From assembly GCA_963764725.1 (NCBI GenBank), contig CAVXTM010000018.1:160001-224000 (forward strand): a DNA stretch of 64,000 nucleotides, given 5' to 3'. The stretch comes from an uncultured Gammaproteobacteria bacterium. GTDB lineage: Bacteria; Pseudomonadota; Gammaproteobacteria; JACCXJ01. Under the pieces are notes generated by a model. It saw nothing but the letters and a program-made list of their open reading frames with translations, made no database searches and was not told where the DNA came from. The translations under genes and the position numbers were made by a program. Shown here piece after piece: positions 52,085 to 62,802 of this stretch; position 1 is the first letter of the stretch, and every line of letters starts with the position of its first letter.

Positions 52085-52297
52085 TCACGAAGCCGCAGCT
52101 TTCATTCGAGCCCCGGCCTCTTCCAGAAAGGCCACAACCTGCTCGCGCGTTACAGTTGGGAACCCCTCTAGGAAGTCGTCAATTGACTCACCGCCCGCCA
52201 GCTAGTCGAGAAGGGTCTGCACGGGGACACGGGTACCGGCAAACACGGGGGTGCCTCCCATAATGTCAGGCGCGCAGGTGACCAGTGGTACCATCAT
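52085..52297 (-). pseudogene. DUF433 protein with in-frame stop
   Basis: DIMGGTPVFAGTRVPVQTLLD*LAGGESIDDFLEGFP. Confidence 0.85.
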
Positions 52298-52311
52298 GGG
52301 GAGTAGCGTAA

Positions 52312-54034
52312 TCCCGAATCAGGCATAGGAGCAAGGTTAATATCTCTTAGTCCCTTATCCATGAAATCTTGTGCAAAAAAGCAAAGAGTGTCATGCATGA
52401 GCGGTATTGAGAGCAGGCATGACCACATACTCTCGGATAGCGAGTGCGCTGCTGAGCACACGACGACCGAATGTCGTGAGGTAGTACTTGTAGCGATGTC
52501 CAATCTTTTTGATGAGGCCATGGGTGCGCAAGCGTTTCAACCAGTAGGAGGCACGGCCGGTGGAGAGATCCCGGAGATGGGCTCGGAGATCGGAGGCGCG
52601 AAAGCCGCTGATGTTCCACTCCCCGCGGGCGAGGGTAATAAAAAGGCTATGATCTTCACCGAGGAAGAGATTGAAGCCCCGATAGGAGCGGTCTTTCTCT
52701 CGTACAGGTTTGGCCATTTTGTCGATGGCGTGCAGAGCTGCATTGGGGTTATCGATGCTGGCCATGAAGCTGAGATAGCGTTCATTGGCAGCATGCATCA
52801 GCTCTCGCAGATCGGGGAGGCTATAGATGTTTTTTCGCAGGGGTGCGAGTTTGAATTGCTTGCGCCCATTGCGTTGTTCCACCCAACGGTGGTGTTTGAA
52901 GAAGGAGACATCGTTGGCGGTGCATTCCACCCGAGCCATGAGACTGAATTTATCGTAGAGCTTGAGGCTTGCTGGTCCCATATGATGGCGGATGCGTGTA
53001 CCCTGAATGCGGGTGTGAAAATCGTTACCGGCCTCCCCGCTGAAGGCCGAGGTGAGTTTGCGTCCCAAGAAGGTGGCGACGTGTTCTGCCTTGAGGGCAT
53101 GCACGGCGGTACGCACGATGGCTTGATAGAGGGGTTGGAAATCGGCTTGGCGGTGGAAGATGACATCGGTCGAGAAAGCCAGGGCCAGGGAGTGGCCCTG
53201 CTTGGCGCGCCGAGGATGCAACTCCACCTGCATGAAGCTCCAGTGATAACCAGCGCGAAACTGACCCAAGATAGGACAGAAGCTTTTCGCCCATCGGTCC
53301 AAACGCCGATGCAAGCCTTTGGGATCGAGGCTATCGGCAAGCGCCTGAGCCTGTTGGGGATCGCCGATGGACAAGAAGGCATTATCGGCGCGCTCAAAGG
53401 CGATCCCTGTCTTGGTCAGTCGTTGGGCTAACCAGTGATGGCCGTTCAAATAGACCTGCAGGCGAAACGGTGCCCAGGTGGGTACTCGGACATAACAGAG
53501 CCCGAAGATCTCATCGATGAAATAGAAGTAATAATGCAAACACTTGCCCGGGGTAGACTTCAAACGGGTCGTATGCTGAAGCTTGTCATGCCAGGGGCGA
53601 TACGAAGGACAGGCCTCCATCGCCGAGAAGATATGCACCAGCCCCGGGTGCTCACCGCGCAAAGCCAAAATCGCTTTGATCCGTTCTTCTTTACGAAACG
53701 CCTTGTAATGACGGATGAATTCAATTTCCAACGAAGCCTCAGCGGCCAGCCGCTCGGCATGGGTCCGAAGCGCCTCGCGCAGCGGTTCTGCCCAGCGGGG
53801 ATAGTCAAACAGACGCATACCCCGGACACCCAAATACCGGGCCATAGCCTCGGCATGGGCGATCTCCGGAAGCGTGCCAGTGATCACGATGCGGTCAAAG
53901 CAACAAAGCACCGCGGCGATCTTCTCTTGATGGCGTTCAACAAAGGAGTTCATGGCGACGACCCATCTCAGTTCTTATTGCCCATCCGCCAGAATAGTAC
54001 ATTCAACACCTTGGTTCCGGCTATGCCGGGTTAG
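52312..54034 (-). mobile_element. Putative Rep_trans-like mobile element with hairpin end
   Basis: Single 520-aa ORF; upstream end CTAAC-CCGGC-ATA-GCCGG-AA-CCAAG; degenerate inverted copy at 52312-52336. Confidence 0.65.
52391..53953 (-). CDS. Putative rolling-circle-type transposase (Rep_trans-like core plus C-terminal wHTH)
   Basis: QVE[15-aa insertion]FSTD, KLYDK, RVE motifs; C-terminal wHTH (LKRLRTHGLIKKIGHRYKYYLT). Confidence 0.6.
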   Translation of the reverse strand: MNSFVERHQEKIAAVLCCFDRIVITGTLPEIAHAEAMARYLGVRGMRLFDYPRWAEPLREALRTHAERLAAEASLEIEFIRHYKAFRKEERIKAILALRGEHPGLVHIFSAMEACPSYRPWHDKLQHTTRLKSTPGKCLHYYFYFIDEIFGLCYVRVPTWAPFRLQVYLNGHHWLAQRLTKTGIAFERADNAFLSIGDPQQAQALADSLDPKGLHRRLDRWAKSFCPILGQFRAGYHWSFMQVELHPRRAKQGHSLALAFSTDVIFHRQADFQPLYQAIVRTAVHALKAEHVATFLGRKLTSAFSGEAGNDFHTRIQGTRIRHHMGPASLKLYDKFSLMARVECTANDVSFFKHHRWVEQRNGRKQFKLAPLRKNIYSLPDLRELMHAANERYLSFMASIDNPNAALHAIDKMAKPVREKDRSYRGFNLFLGEDHSLFITLARGEWNISGFRASDLRAHLRDLSTGRASYWLKRLRTHGLIKKIGHRYKYYLTTFGRRVLSSALAIREYVVMPALNTAHA

Positions 54035-54105
54035 GGTAAGTAGCCTCTGTTACCAGAAGCCTCCGCACAAACCCGGACGTACAGTTTTTCCCGCATCCGG
54101 TTCCT
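54035..54105 (-). other. Group II intron 3' fragment (domains V-VI)
   Basis: GAACCGGATGCGGGAAAAACTGTACGTCCGGGTTT followed by GTGCGGAGGCTTCTGGTAACAGAGGCTACTTACCC. Confidence 0.8.
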
Positions 54106-54127
54106 CGGTTTTACTCGCTTTCGCGCT

Positions 54128-54462
54128 TGCTCGATCTCCAGGTACCCGCGTTTATGAGCGATGCCGCGCCGTCCAGGCCGGTGATTTATCCCTTGGAACC
54201 GGCATGAGGACATTGGAAATCCACGCCCTTAATGGGGAGAAGGCCATCGATCCAACCTCGGCTCGGAAGCTCATCGAACACTGCGGCTACTGGCGGCGCA
54301 ACCAGGAGCTGAAGGGCGCGAAAGAAGCTGCGAAGCCCTGGACGGCCACCATCCAATGTAGGGCGGGTTGGGCGTCGCTTTTTGCGCCGTAACCCGCCAA
54401 GCCGTCGGCCGCAGGCCGACTCTTGAATGTCCTTGCCAGCCCAAATTCTAAGGTGACGCGCT
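54128..54462 (+). repeat. Diverged direct repeat, copy 2
   Basis: Matches 50935-51295. Confidence 0.85.
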
Positions 54463-54516
54463 CCGCGCGTTGGATCGGTGCGTTACGGCGTACAAAGCAC
54501 GCCTAACGCACGCTAC
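54358..54516. repeat. GTAG-type REP doublet (REPIN-like)
   Basis: GTAGGGCGGGTT..AACCCGCC ... GGTGCGTTACGGCG..CGCCTAACGCACGCTAC; partial copies at ~51192 and 56650-56769. Confidence 0.75.
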
Positions 54517-55042
54517 ATTTACTTACTTGATGAACATGCGCCAAAGCTCAATAAACTTTTCGTAATTTATTAACATGCTGACTATTGTAACCAAAGTAAC
54601 TACTATGGTTAAGATTAGCATTCTGTTTTGGGGCGCGATCTTGACACTACACCGACACGATACGAACCTGAGGAAAATAGACTACCAGGCACTCCTTTCA
54701 ATATTTTCAACCAGCTCGTTGCCCTTCTTTATATTTGGAAATAGTTTCTTTAAACCACCACTTAAGCGGTCAATATCTTCTAACTCGAAAACCTCGATTA
54801 ACACTAACTCTCGGTACCTGAGCTCTGTACCTTCTGGAGCTCGGCTGCTGGCATAACACCGCTCAGACCATTTTCTTTGGTGCTCCCTGGTGAGTTGTAA
54901 GCTATATATTAGTCCTCCCTGAAATCTCGGTAACATCTCCGCCCAATCAAGATACTTCTTGGCGAGGAAAGGTTTTATCTTTCTTAATGACAACAAATTC
55001 AATGCCTCGTGTTCTAGATCTCGCAGATCACGCTGCTTACGA

Positions 55043-55114
55043 GCCTACCGAGCGCGAGTTGAGGGGCGAAGCCGCAAGCGCAGCGCCGCGGCGCCGCTCG
55101 AACGAGAGTTGGAC
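55043..55114 (-). other. attC site
   Basis: Minus strand GTCCAAC-TCTCGTTCGAGCGG ... CCCCTCAACTCGCGCTC-GGTAGGC. Confidence 0.7.
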
Positions 55115-55331
55115 GGCGCGCAGCGCCGGACAACTTGACGTGAGACAACTCGCGCTCCGTTGGTTCGCGCGCTTAGCACCCTCACGGTCGCGGCCATCAA
55201 AACCTGTGATCCTATCCATGCTCATCTCCCGTTCTAAAGGCCATGGCCCCGGCGCTGCGCGCCGACCAAACAACAAAAGGTTTACCGGGCGCGACGCTAG
55301 GAGCGCTCCAGTGCAGCGCCTGGTGGAGACG

Positions 55332-55544
55332 TTAAAGATCCTGGGGCCTCAGCCCTGTGCGCTTTCCGATCCGAGCCAGCATTCGCGGCCCAATCTCGTC
55401 GCTGTCGTGAAATGCGAAAACGAAATCCTGAAACCCCGGCTTGGCTAGGGTTCGGTGAGACCCGGACGATCGCGTCTCGACCCAGCCGATTCGCTCTAGC
55501 GCTGCGAGAACTCGCTTGGCCTTCGTGCTCGGCCATTGAGTCAT
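55332..55544 (-). CDS. HicA family toxin
   Basis: LERIGW...SGSHRTL...FAFH...IGPRML. Confidence 0.88.
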   Translation of the reverse strand: MTQWPSTKAKRVLAALERIGWVETRSSGSHRTLAKPGFQDFVFAFHDSDEIGPRMLARIGKRTGLRPQDL

Positions 55545-55747
55545 GCAGCGGCGAACGTAATATGAATCGGTTCAACCGGCTGCTCTCCATGCTCGATTCG
55601 GTCCGCAATTACGCGCAGGGCCAACGCTTCCGCTTGTGCAATCGCTTCTTCACGGCTCTGTCCATACTTCAGTACACCGGGAATCTCAGAAACTTCAGCG
55701 ATCCATCGGCCGTCTTCTTCCCGCTCCGTCTCTACCGTGAATATCAT
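55541..55747 (-). CDS. HicB family antitoxin
   Basis: EREEDGRWIAEV.EIPGV..YG.SREEAI. Confidence 0.9.
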   Translation of the reverse strand: MIFTVETEREEDGRWIAEVSEIPGVLKYGQSREEAIAQAEALALRVIADRIEHGEQPVEPIHITFAAA

Positions 55748-55947
55748 TAACCATACCTCTTATGTTCTTTTTACGTCCAACAGAGCGCGAGTTGAGCGGC
55801 GCCCTTGAATACACTTCAACCGCAAAGTCATAACCCAAACCCACCTCACACCCTTCGTAATACTCGATGGTGGACAAACTCAGCCTCTGCCTCCGGGTGG
55901 ACCATGTATTTCACGTCGCGAGTCTGTTCCAGATTCTTTTGAATACT

Positions 55948-56163
55948 TCATCTCCCCCCGTATGGAAAGCGATGGACGATAGCCCGACGGATGAGTCCAC
56001 GCACGCGAGGAAACTGCTGTGGCCCAGCTCGGACTTGCTCCAACTTGGAATCGACCACCGCCATAAACTCCGCACCCAAGCCGGAACGCTGTTCCTCATG
56101 CCACTGAAACGCTTCAGCGAGATCATCAAGCGCTTCAGGCCGGAAAATGATTGCCAGGCTCAC
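55948..56163 (-). CDS. RelE/ParE toxin, C-terminus probably disrupted
   Basis: FRPEALDDL...GLGAEF...HRFPY. Confidence 0.75.
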   Translation of the reverse strand: MSLAIIFRPEALDDLAEAFQWHEEQRSGLGAEFMAVVDSKLEQVRAGPQQFPRVRGLIRRAIVHRFPYGGR

Positions 56164-56381
56164 GCGCCACCGAGGATACGGCGCTTGACCTCCTCCCAGG
56201 GAATACCTTCAGAAGGATTGGCCTGATATGCTGCGATGCGCCGATCAAGCTCCTCAGCCTGCCACGGCAACAGTTCAACTTGCTCGGGGTGCTCCGCAAC
56301 GCTATCCCAAATAGCTTCGACGATGCGAATGCGTTCCTGAACGGGAAGGTTTAGGACTTCAGAGAGATTGATAGCGCTCAT
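56160..56381 (-). CDS. Addiction-module antitoxin (TIGR02574-like)
   Basis: LPVQERIRIVEAIWDS...ELDRR...WEEVK. Confidence 0.88.
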   Translation of the reverse strand: MSAINLSEVLNLPVQERIRIVEAIWDSVAEHPEQVELLPWQAEELDRRIAAYQANPSEGIPWEEVKRRILGGA

Positions 56382-57070
56382 ATGGCTCCCGATATACCAG
56401 TTTGTTTCTAATCGGTAATTATAACCGCTAACGCAGCGCGAGTTGAGGCGCTCCTTGACGGGGAGAAAGACGAAATCTTTCGATCGAGTCAGAGGGGCGA
56501 AGCCGCAAGCGCAGCGCTGCGGCTCCGCTCTGGGTTTTGTTCCTCAACCCCGCCCATCGCGCTTGAGCGTACCGTTGGCCGACGGGTTCAATACCGGATT
56601 GGGTCGAGTCTCCCTGGTCCGCCGAAGCATTGACAGCCGCGCGAACGGACAAAAGCCGTCGGCCGCAGGCCGACTTTTCAACGTGCTTGCCAGCCCGAAT
56701 TCCAAGGTGACGCGCTGCGCGTCGGATCGGTGCGTTACGGCGTAAAAAGCACGCCTAACGCACCCTACATCCACTACGATTTCTGGCTGCGTTTTGTGAC
56801 GACGAGGCCTGGCAGCAAGGTAGCCCCCCCGTATGCAGCGCAGCGGAGAACGGGGAATGCGGTGCGCAAGCTGTTTCCCGAATTCCGGTCACTCCATCCA
56901 GGCTTTCATGTCGACAGCGCCGGCGGAAGAGGCCGCACGTTTCGCTATGATTTTCCCAGCGATCTAATCACGCCGCCGTCCGGAGAAGCCTCGATCGAAT
57001 CCTTAAAATCGCCTTAGGAGCCGTCGATTAGTATCTCAACTGAAACCTATGTAGGCTAAGTATTAGCTAA

Positions 57071-57346
<276 letters not shown>

Positions 57347-57444
57347 TGCGTGCGCTTAAAAAATACCCGGTAACACCGCCAGAGCGTATCGCAGTCCGAG
57401 CGTCATTAAACGCGTACCCCGCGGTCTTGCCGCGGGTACCTTAG

Positions 57445-59394
57445 CCCGATCTTCTTGATGATTTTATCTCTATCCATATGAGTAGATTAATATAAAAGCT
57501 TTATTGTGCCTCATTGTGTACCCATGTATAGTTGGCATATAGGCTTGTTTATCAGCGTTGTACGTGGTACAGTGCGTGGCCATGTACGTGGAGAAAGTCC
57601 CCAACCGTAACTCCCCACCGGCCATTCTCCTGCGGGAGTCCTACCGCGAGGGCAAGCGCGTCCTCAAACGTACCCTCGCCAACCTCACCGACTGGCCCGC
57701 ACACCTCGTCGAGGGCCTGCGTACCCTCCTTCAGGGAGGCACGGTCATCAAACACTTCGAGGAGAGCTTCGACATCGTCCGCTCACTGCCGCATGGACAT
57801 GTCGCCGCCGTGCTCGGCACGCTCCGTAAGCTTGGGCTGGAGAAGCTCATCGCCCCCAAGCGATCTCCAGAACGGGATCGTGTCGTCGCGATGATCGTCG
57901 CGCGTCTGCTCGATCCCCGATCGAAGCTCGCCACCGCGCGCGGCTTCGGGGAAGAGAGCGCCGCAACGAGCTTGGGGGAAGCGCTCGAGGTCGAATCAGC
58001 GCAAGCCGAAGACTTGTACGCCGCGATGGATTGGCTGCAAGCACGGCAGGGAGAGATCGAAAGGACAATCGCCGAGCAACATCTCCACGACGGCGCGCTC
58101 GTGCTCTACGATGTGAGCTCTACCTATTTTGAAGGTCAGTGCTGTCCACTCGCCCGCTTGGGCTATTCCCGTGACGGGAAGCAAGATAAACTGCAGATCG
58201 TCTTTGGTCTTTTATGCAATCGCGAAGGCTGTCCCATCGCCGTGGAGGTTTTCGAGGGCAATACCGCCGATCCGAAGACGCTCGGGGCCCAAATCGAGAA
58301 GCTGCGCACGCGCTTTGGGCTGACGCGGATCGTGTTGGTGGGTGATCGGGGGATGATGACCGAAGCGCGGATCCGAGAGGACCTCAAGCCCCTCGAAGGC
58401 GTGGATTGGATCACGGCGTTGCGGGCACCGGCTATCCGTGCGTTGGTCGAGGCGAAAGATATCCAGCTCTCGATTTTCGATGCGCAGGACTTGGCCGAGA
58501 TCACCAGTTCCGCCTATCCCGCTGAACGACTCATCGTCTGTAAGAATCCCCTCTTGGCCGAAGCACGCGCGCAACAACGCGAGTCGCTCTTACAGGCCAC
58601 CGAGCGCGAACTTAATCAGATCGTCGCCGCTACCCAAAGAGCCCAACGTGCCTTGAAAGGTCAAGCGCAGATCGGGCTGCGGGTGGGCAAAGTCATCGGC
58701 CGATTCAAGATGGCTAAGCATTTTAAGCTTGCTATCTCCGAGGAGCGTTTTGCCTATGAGCGCGATACCCAGCGCATCCACGAGGAAGCCGCGCTCGATG
58801 GGATCTACGTCCTCCGTACGAGTGTGCCCAAAGAGATGCTTGAGAGCGCGCAGACCGTACGTGCCTATAAGGATCTCGCGCATGTCGAACGGGCCTTCCG
58901 TAGCTACAAAAGCGTCGATCTGAAAGTCCGGCCTATCTACCACTACCTCGCCGATCGCGTCCGTGCGCATGTCTTCCTCTGCATGCTGGCCTATTACCTG
59001 GAGTGGCATCTGCGCAAGGCGCTTGCACCACTGCTCTTTGACGATGACGATAAACCGAGCGCCGATAAACAACGTGCCTCCATCGTTGCCCCGGCGAAAG
59101 TCTCCCCCAAGGCCGAACAGAAGGCCCACACGCGACGCACCGAAGAGGGTCTCCCGGTGCACAGCTTCCAAACACTTTTGGCCGATCTCGCCACCATCAC
59201 CAAGAACCGTATTCAACCCAAACTCCAAGGCGCAGCGCCCTTCGATCAGATCACTCGGCCCACCACCTTACAACGCCATGCCTTCAAACTCCTGGGCGTA
59301 AAAGTGTAACGATGTACCCAGTAGCAGAATTATGATTTTTTAATTTACTATGTATTATCATGGCATTACGCTGAGACTCCGAAAGAAGATCGGG
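57445..59394 (+). mobile_element. IS1634-family insertion sequence, 1950 bp
   Basis: 12-bp TIR CCCGATCTTCTT / AAGAAGATCGGG; TTAG duplicated at 57441-57444 and 59395-59398. Confidence 0.92.
57582..59309 (+). CDS. IS1634 family DDE transposase
   Basis: LRESYRE, LYDVSSTYFEG, GYSRD, VGDRGM, YK.L..VERAFR, RAHVFLCMLAY. Confidence 0.95.
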   Translation: MYVEKVPNRNSPPAILLRESYREGKRVLKRTLANLTDWPAHLVEGLRTLLQGGTVIKHFEESFDIVRSLPHGHVAAVLGTLRKLGLEKLIAPKRSPERDRVVAMIVARLLDPRSKLATARGFGEESAATSLGEALEVESAQAEDLYAAMDWLQARQGEIERTIAEQHLHDGALVLYDVSSTYFEGQCCPLARLGYSRDGKQDKLQIVFGLLCNREGCPIAVEVFEGNTADPKTLGAQIEKLRTRFGLTRIVLVGDRGMMTEARIREDLKPLEGVDWITALRAPAIRALVEAKDIQLSIFDAQDLAEITSSAYPAERLIVCKNPLLAEARAQQRESLLQATERELNQIVAATQRAQRALKGQAQIGLRVGKVIGRFKMAKHFKLAISEERFAYERDTQRIHEEAALDGIYVLRTSVPKEMLESAQTVRAYKDLAHVERAFRSYKSVDLKVRPIYHYLADRVRAHVFLCMLAYYLEWHLRKALAPLLFDDDDKPSADKQRASIVAPAKVSPKAEQKAHTRRTEEGLPVHSFQTLLADLATITKNRIQPKLQGAAPFDQITRPTTLQRHAFKLLGVKV

Positions 59395-59467
59395 TTAGCG
59401 ATGGGGTTTCCAAAGGGAAGAAGCGCAGCTCTCCCCTTTGGTCAAGGGCGGGGTTCATACCCCGCCC
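59395..59467 (-). repeat. Three-hairpin GGAAACCCC repeat, copy 4 (other part at 57415-57444), split by IS1634
   Basis: Rejoined flanks match copies 1-3 in reverse complement. Confidence 0.85.
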
Positions 59468-59482
59468 GCGAAGTATATTAGT

Positions 59483-60223
59483 TTACTGCTGATTTTCCAC
59501 GCCAAGCTCCTCCTCGCTTAAGTCAGTCGCTTCGTAGCTCTTGTGGCGGATGTCCCTGCCCTCCACCAGATAGATGATGCTTTCACAAATATTACTGGCG
59601 TGGTCGCCGATCCGCTCGAGCGATTTCACCGCCCAGGCCGTATCCAGAACGCGCGTGATGCTGCGCGGGTCTTCCATCATGTAGGTAATCAACTGGCGCA
59701 TGATGGCGTCGTATTCGAGATCCACGTTATGGTCTTTGCGCGCTATCCCCAGGGCCACTTGAGCATCCATTCGCGCTAATGCATCGAGCGCATCATGGAG
59801 ATTTGCTTGCACGTGTTTGCCCATGTGCAGGACCCCCACGTAATAGGCTTTCGGGCCCTCTGTTTCCGTCAAGCGTATGACCACACGCGCGATCTTCTTG
59901 GACTCATCACCGACGCGTTCTAGGTCAGTGATGATTCGTGTGATGGCGAGCACGAGCCTCAAGTCGCTGGCTGCGGGTTGCCGGCGCGCCAGGATCTCCG
60001 CGCAGGCCCGGTCGATCGCGACCTCCATGGCATTGACTTTAAAGTCATTGCTGGCCGCGATCTCGGCCAATCCCGGGTTCCCTTGAACCAGCGCCTCTAT
60101 CGCTTTTTTCAGGTGTTCTTCGACCATCCCCCCCATTTCCAAGACGCGCGCCCGAACGTCTTCGAGCTCGTTATCGAACTGATGGGAGATGTGTTGCGGG
60201 AGTTTCGTCGCGGTCATCGGCAC
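59483..60223 (-). CDS. phoU: Phosphate signalling protein PhoU
   Basis: RRQPAASDLR, DLERVGD, MMEDPRSI, ERIGDHA. Confidence 0.97.
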   Translation of the reverse strand: MPMTATKLPQHISHQFDNELEDVRARVLEMGGMVEEHLKKAIEALVQGNPGLAEIAASNDFKVNAMEVAIDRACAEILARRQPAASDLRLVLAITRIITDLERVGDESKKIARVVIRLTETEGPKAYYVGVLHMGKHVQANLHDALDALARMDAQVALGIARKDHNVDLEYDAIMRQLITYMMEDPRSITRVLDTAWAVKSLERIGDHASNICESIIYLVEGRDIRHKSYEATDLSEEELGVENQQ

Positions 60224-60271
60224 GGCCTCTGAAGTGAGTGGATATTACATCGTTCTACGCACGGCGACGGA

Positions 60272-61159
60272 TTAACCATAACGGCCGGTAATGTAGTCCT
60301 CGGTCTGTTTCTTCTTGGGATTGGTAAAGATCACCTTCGTGTCGTCGAACTCGATGAGATCGCCGACATACATGAGCGCCGTATAATCGGAGACCCGTGC
60401 CGCCTGCTGCATGTTGTGCGTGACGATGACGATCGTGTACTGCGACTTCAGCTCGTACATCAAATCTTCAATTTTCAAGGTCGAGAGCGGATCCAAGGCC
60501 GAGGCGGGTTCATCCAACAATAATACTTCGGGCTCGATGGCGATCGCGCGCGCGATGACCAAGCGTTGTTGCTGTCCGCCGGAAAGGGCCATGGCGCTTT
60601 CGTTCAACCTATCTTTCACCTCATCCCAAAGCGCCGCGGCCCTGAGCGAGCGTTCCACGGCCTGATCGAGGGCGCGCCTTTTGTTGATGCCCTGAAGCCG
60701 CAGGCCGTAAGCGACGTTTTCATAGACCGATTTCGGAAAAGGATTGGGCTTTTGAAACACCATGCCGATGCGGCGCCTGAGATCGGCCACATTGACGTCC
60801 GGATCATAGATATTCTTGCTCTGCAAATGGATGGCCCCTTCGATGCGCACGCTGTCGTAGAGATCGTTCATGCGGTTGAAACAACGCAGCAAGGTCGACT
60901 TTCCGCAGCCGCTGGGGCCGATAAAAGCTGTCACCTGGCGCTCCGGGATCGACATCGTGATCGCGTTGAGCGCGCGTTTTTCCCCATAGTAGAGATTGAG
61001 CCCCTCGACGCCCAGGCATTCCTTGACATCCGTCTCGGGTGCCGCCTCGGGCTCGTGGCGTTGCAAGAGCTTCGGGTCGAACCCGTGAGTAAGCCCCGAG
61101 GGAGCGGTCCGCCGCTCATCGGCTGTGTCCATAGTCTCCACCTCAATATTCCGCGGCAC
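60272..61159 (-). CDS. pstB: Phosphate ABC transporter ATPase
   Basis: [37 protein letters not shown]. Confidence 0.97.
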   Translation of the reverse strand: MPRNIEVETMDTADERRTAPSGLTHGFDPKLLQRHEPEAAPETDVKECLGVEGLNLYYGEKRALNAITMSIPERQVTAFIGPSGCGKSTLLRCFNRMNDLYDSVRIEGAIHLQSKNIYDPDVNVADLRRRIGMVFQKPNPFPKSVYENVAYGLRLQGINKRRALDQAVERSLRAAALWDEVKDRLNESAMALSGGQQQRLVIARAIAIEPEVLLLDEPASALDPLSTLKIEDLMYELKSQYTIVIVTHNMQQAARVSDYTALMYVGDLIEFDDTKVIFTNPKKKQTEDYITGRYG

Positions 61160-62777
61160 GGTACTTTTCCCGCAAGCGGTTCCGGATCCGGATCGCCGTC
61201 AGATTCAGTGCCACGATGACGAGCACGAGCAACAGTGCCGTAGCATAAACGAGCGGCCTCGCCGCCTCGACATTGGGGCTTTGAAAGCCCACATCATAAA
61301 TATGAAAACCGAGGTGCATGATCTTACGGTCGAGATGAAGAAAGGGGAAGTTTCCATCCAAGCCGAGTGAGGGAGCCAGTTTCACCACCCCCACCATCAT
61401 GAGCGGGGCTACCTCGCCGGCCGCCCGCGCAACGGCCAAGATCAAGCCGGTCATGATCGCGGGGCTGGCCATCGGCAGCACGATGCGCCAGAGGGTTTCG
61501 GCCTTGGTTGCCCCCAGGGCATAACTGCCCTCACGGAAGGCGCTCGGGATGCGCGCCAAACCTTCCTCGGTCGCGACAATGACGACCGGGACCGTAAGCA
61601 GCGCCAGTGTCACCGAGGTCCACAGCAAGCCCCCCGTACCGAATGTCGGGGCCGGAAGGGCTTCGGGGAAAAATAACCTATCGATGGATCCGCCCACGAA
61701 ATAAACGAAGAACCCCAGACCGAACACACCGTAAACGATGGATGGGACGCCCGCGAGATTGTTCACCGCGATGCGGATGATGCGCGTGAACAGCCCCTGC
61801 TTGGCGTATTCGCGAAGATAGACCGCCGCCACCACTCCGAACGGCGTCACGACGATGGCCATGATCAAGACCATCAATACGGTGCCGAAGATCGCCGGGA
61901 AGATACCGCCTTCGGTATTCGCCTCGCGCGGATCGTCTCCCACAAACTCACCGATTTTCTCCATATAATGCCCTAGCTTCTCGGCGACGCTCATGCTATT
62001 GGGCTGATACACCCGAATGACCTTGGCCACGGGAAGCTTCACCTCTTGTCCGCCGGCGATGCGCACTACGATGCCGTCCCGGCGGATGTCCTCATTAAGC
62101 TTCGCCAGATCGCCGTTCAAGCGCTCGTATTCGGCTTCCAAAGCTTTTTGAGAATCACGAATGGCCGCGAAAGACGCCGGGTCCTTAACACCGTCGAGCT
62201 CGAGGCGGCGCTGGCGCAAACGCAGCTTTTCCATTTCATAATTGACTCCGCCGATGAGGTCCTTCTCGATATGGCTGATCTGTGCCTTAAGCTCATGCCT
62301 GCGTCCGAGCCGCGCGCGTAGCTCGGCGATCGGATCGCCTGCGGACACGACCCGCCGTCCGCCCTCCTCCACGCCCGCCAAGTAACCGTAGAGATTGCCC
62401 CATTCCTCGCGTTCGACGGCAATGATCTCGCGCGGATATTCGATGCCGGTGATCCCGCGTTCGGCGACCCACCGAAAGTCAAGCCCGTAGATGTCCCGGT
62501 TCCCGAGTTTCATCAGGACCTGCGGCTCGCCCCCGGACGCTAGCTCAGCGTCGGTTTTTAGTTCCCGGTCAACCATCTCGCCGATCAGAACCTCGCGAGC
62601 GCCATCCGCGCCGCGGTAATCGATTTCAGCAATCCTAGCGGGCCAAAAATGGGTGAGACCGTGTACGGCGATGAGGTATAGGAGACCGAAGACCGCGACC
62701 AAACACAGGCTCACCGCGCCCGCCGACAGCCACACCCAGGGACCGCCGCTGTCAATCCAGGCGCGTAAGGACTTCAT
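61143..62777 (-). CDS. pstA: Phosphate ABC permease PstA (long form)
   Basis: [35 protein letters not shown]. Confidence 0.95.
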   Translation of the reverse strand: MKSLRAWIDSGGPWVWLSAGAVSLCLVAVFGLLYLIAVHGLTHFWPARIAEIDYRGADGAREVLIGEMVDRELKTDAELASGGEPQVLMKLGNRDIYGLDFRWVAERGITGIEYPREIIAVEREEWGNLYGYLAGVEEGGRRVVSAGDPIAELRARLGRRHELKAQISHIEKDLIGGVNYEMEKLRLRQRRLELDGVKDPASFAAIRDSQKALEAEYERLNGDLAKLNEDIRRDGIVVRIAGGQEVKLPVAKVIRVYQPNSMSVAEKLGHYMEKIGEFVGDDPREANTEGGIFPAIFGTVLMVLIMAIVVTPFGVVAAVYLREYAKQGLFTRIIRIAVNNLAGVPSIVYGVFGLGFFVYFVGGSIDRLFFPEALPAPTFGTGGLLWTSVTLALLTVPVVIVATEEGLARIPSAFREGSYALGATKAETLWRIVLPMASPAIMTGLILAVARAAGEVAPLMMVGVVKLAPSLGLDGNFPFLHLDRKIMHLGFHIYDVGFQSPNVEAARPLVYATALLLVLVIVALNLTAIRIRNRLREKYRAAEY

Positions 62778-62802
62778 CTCTCGAAATACCGCCGTTCCGC
62801 GT

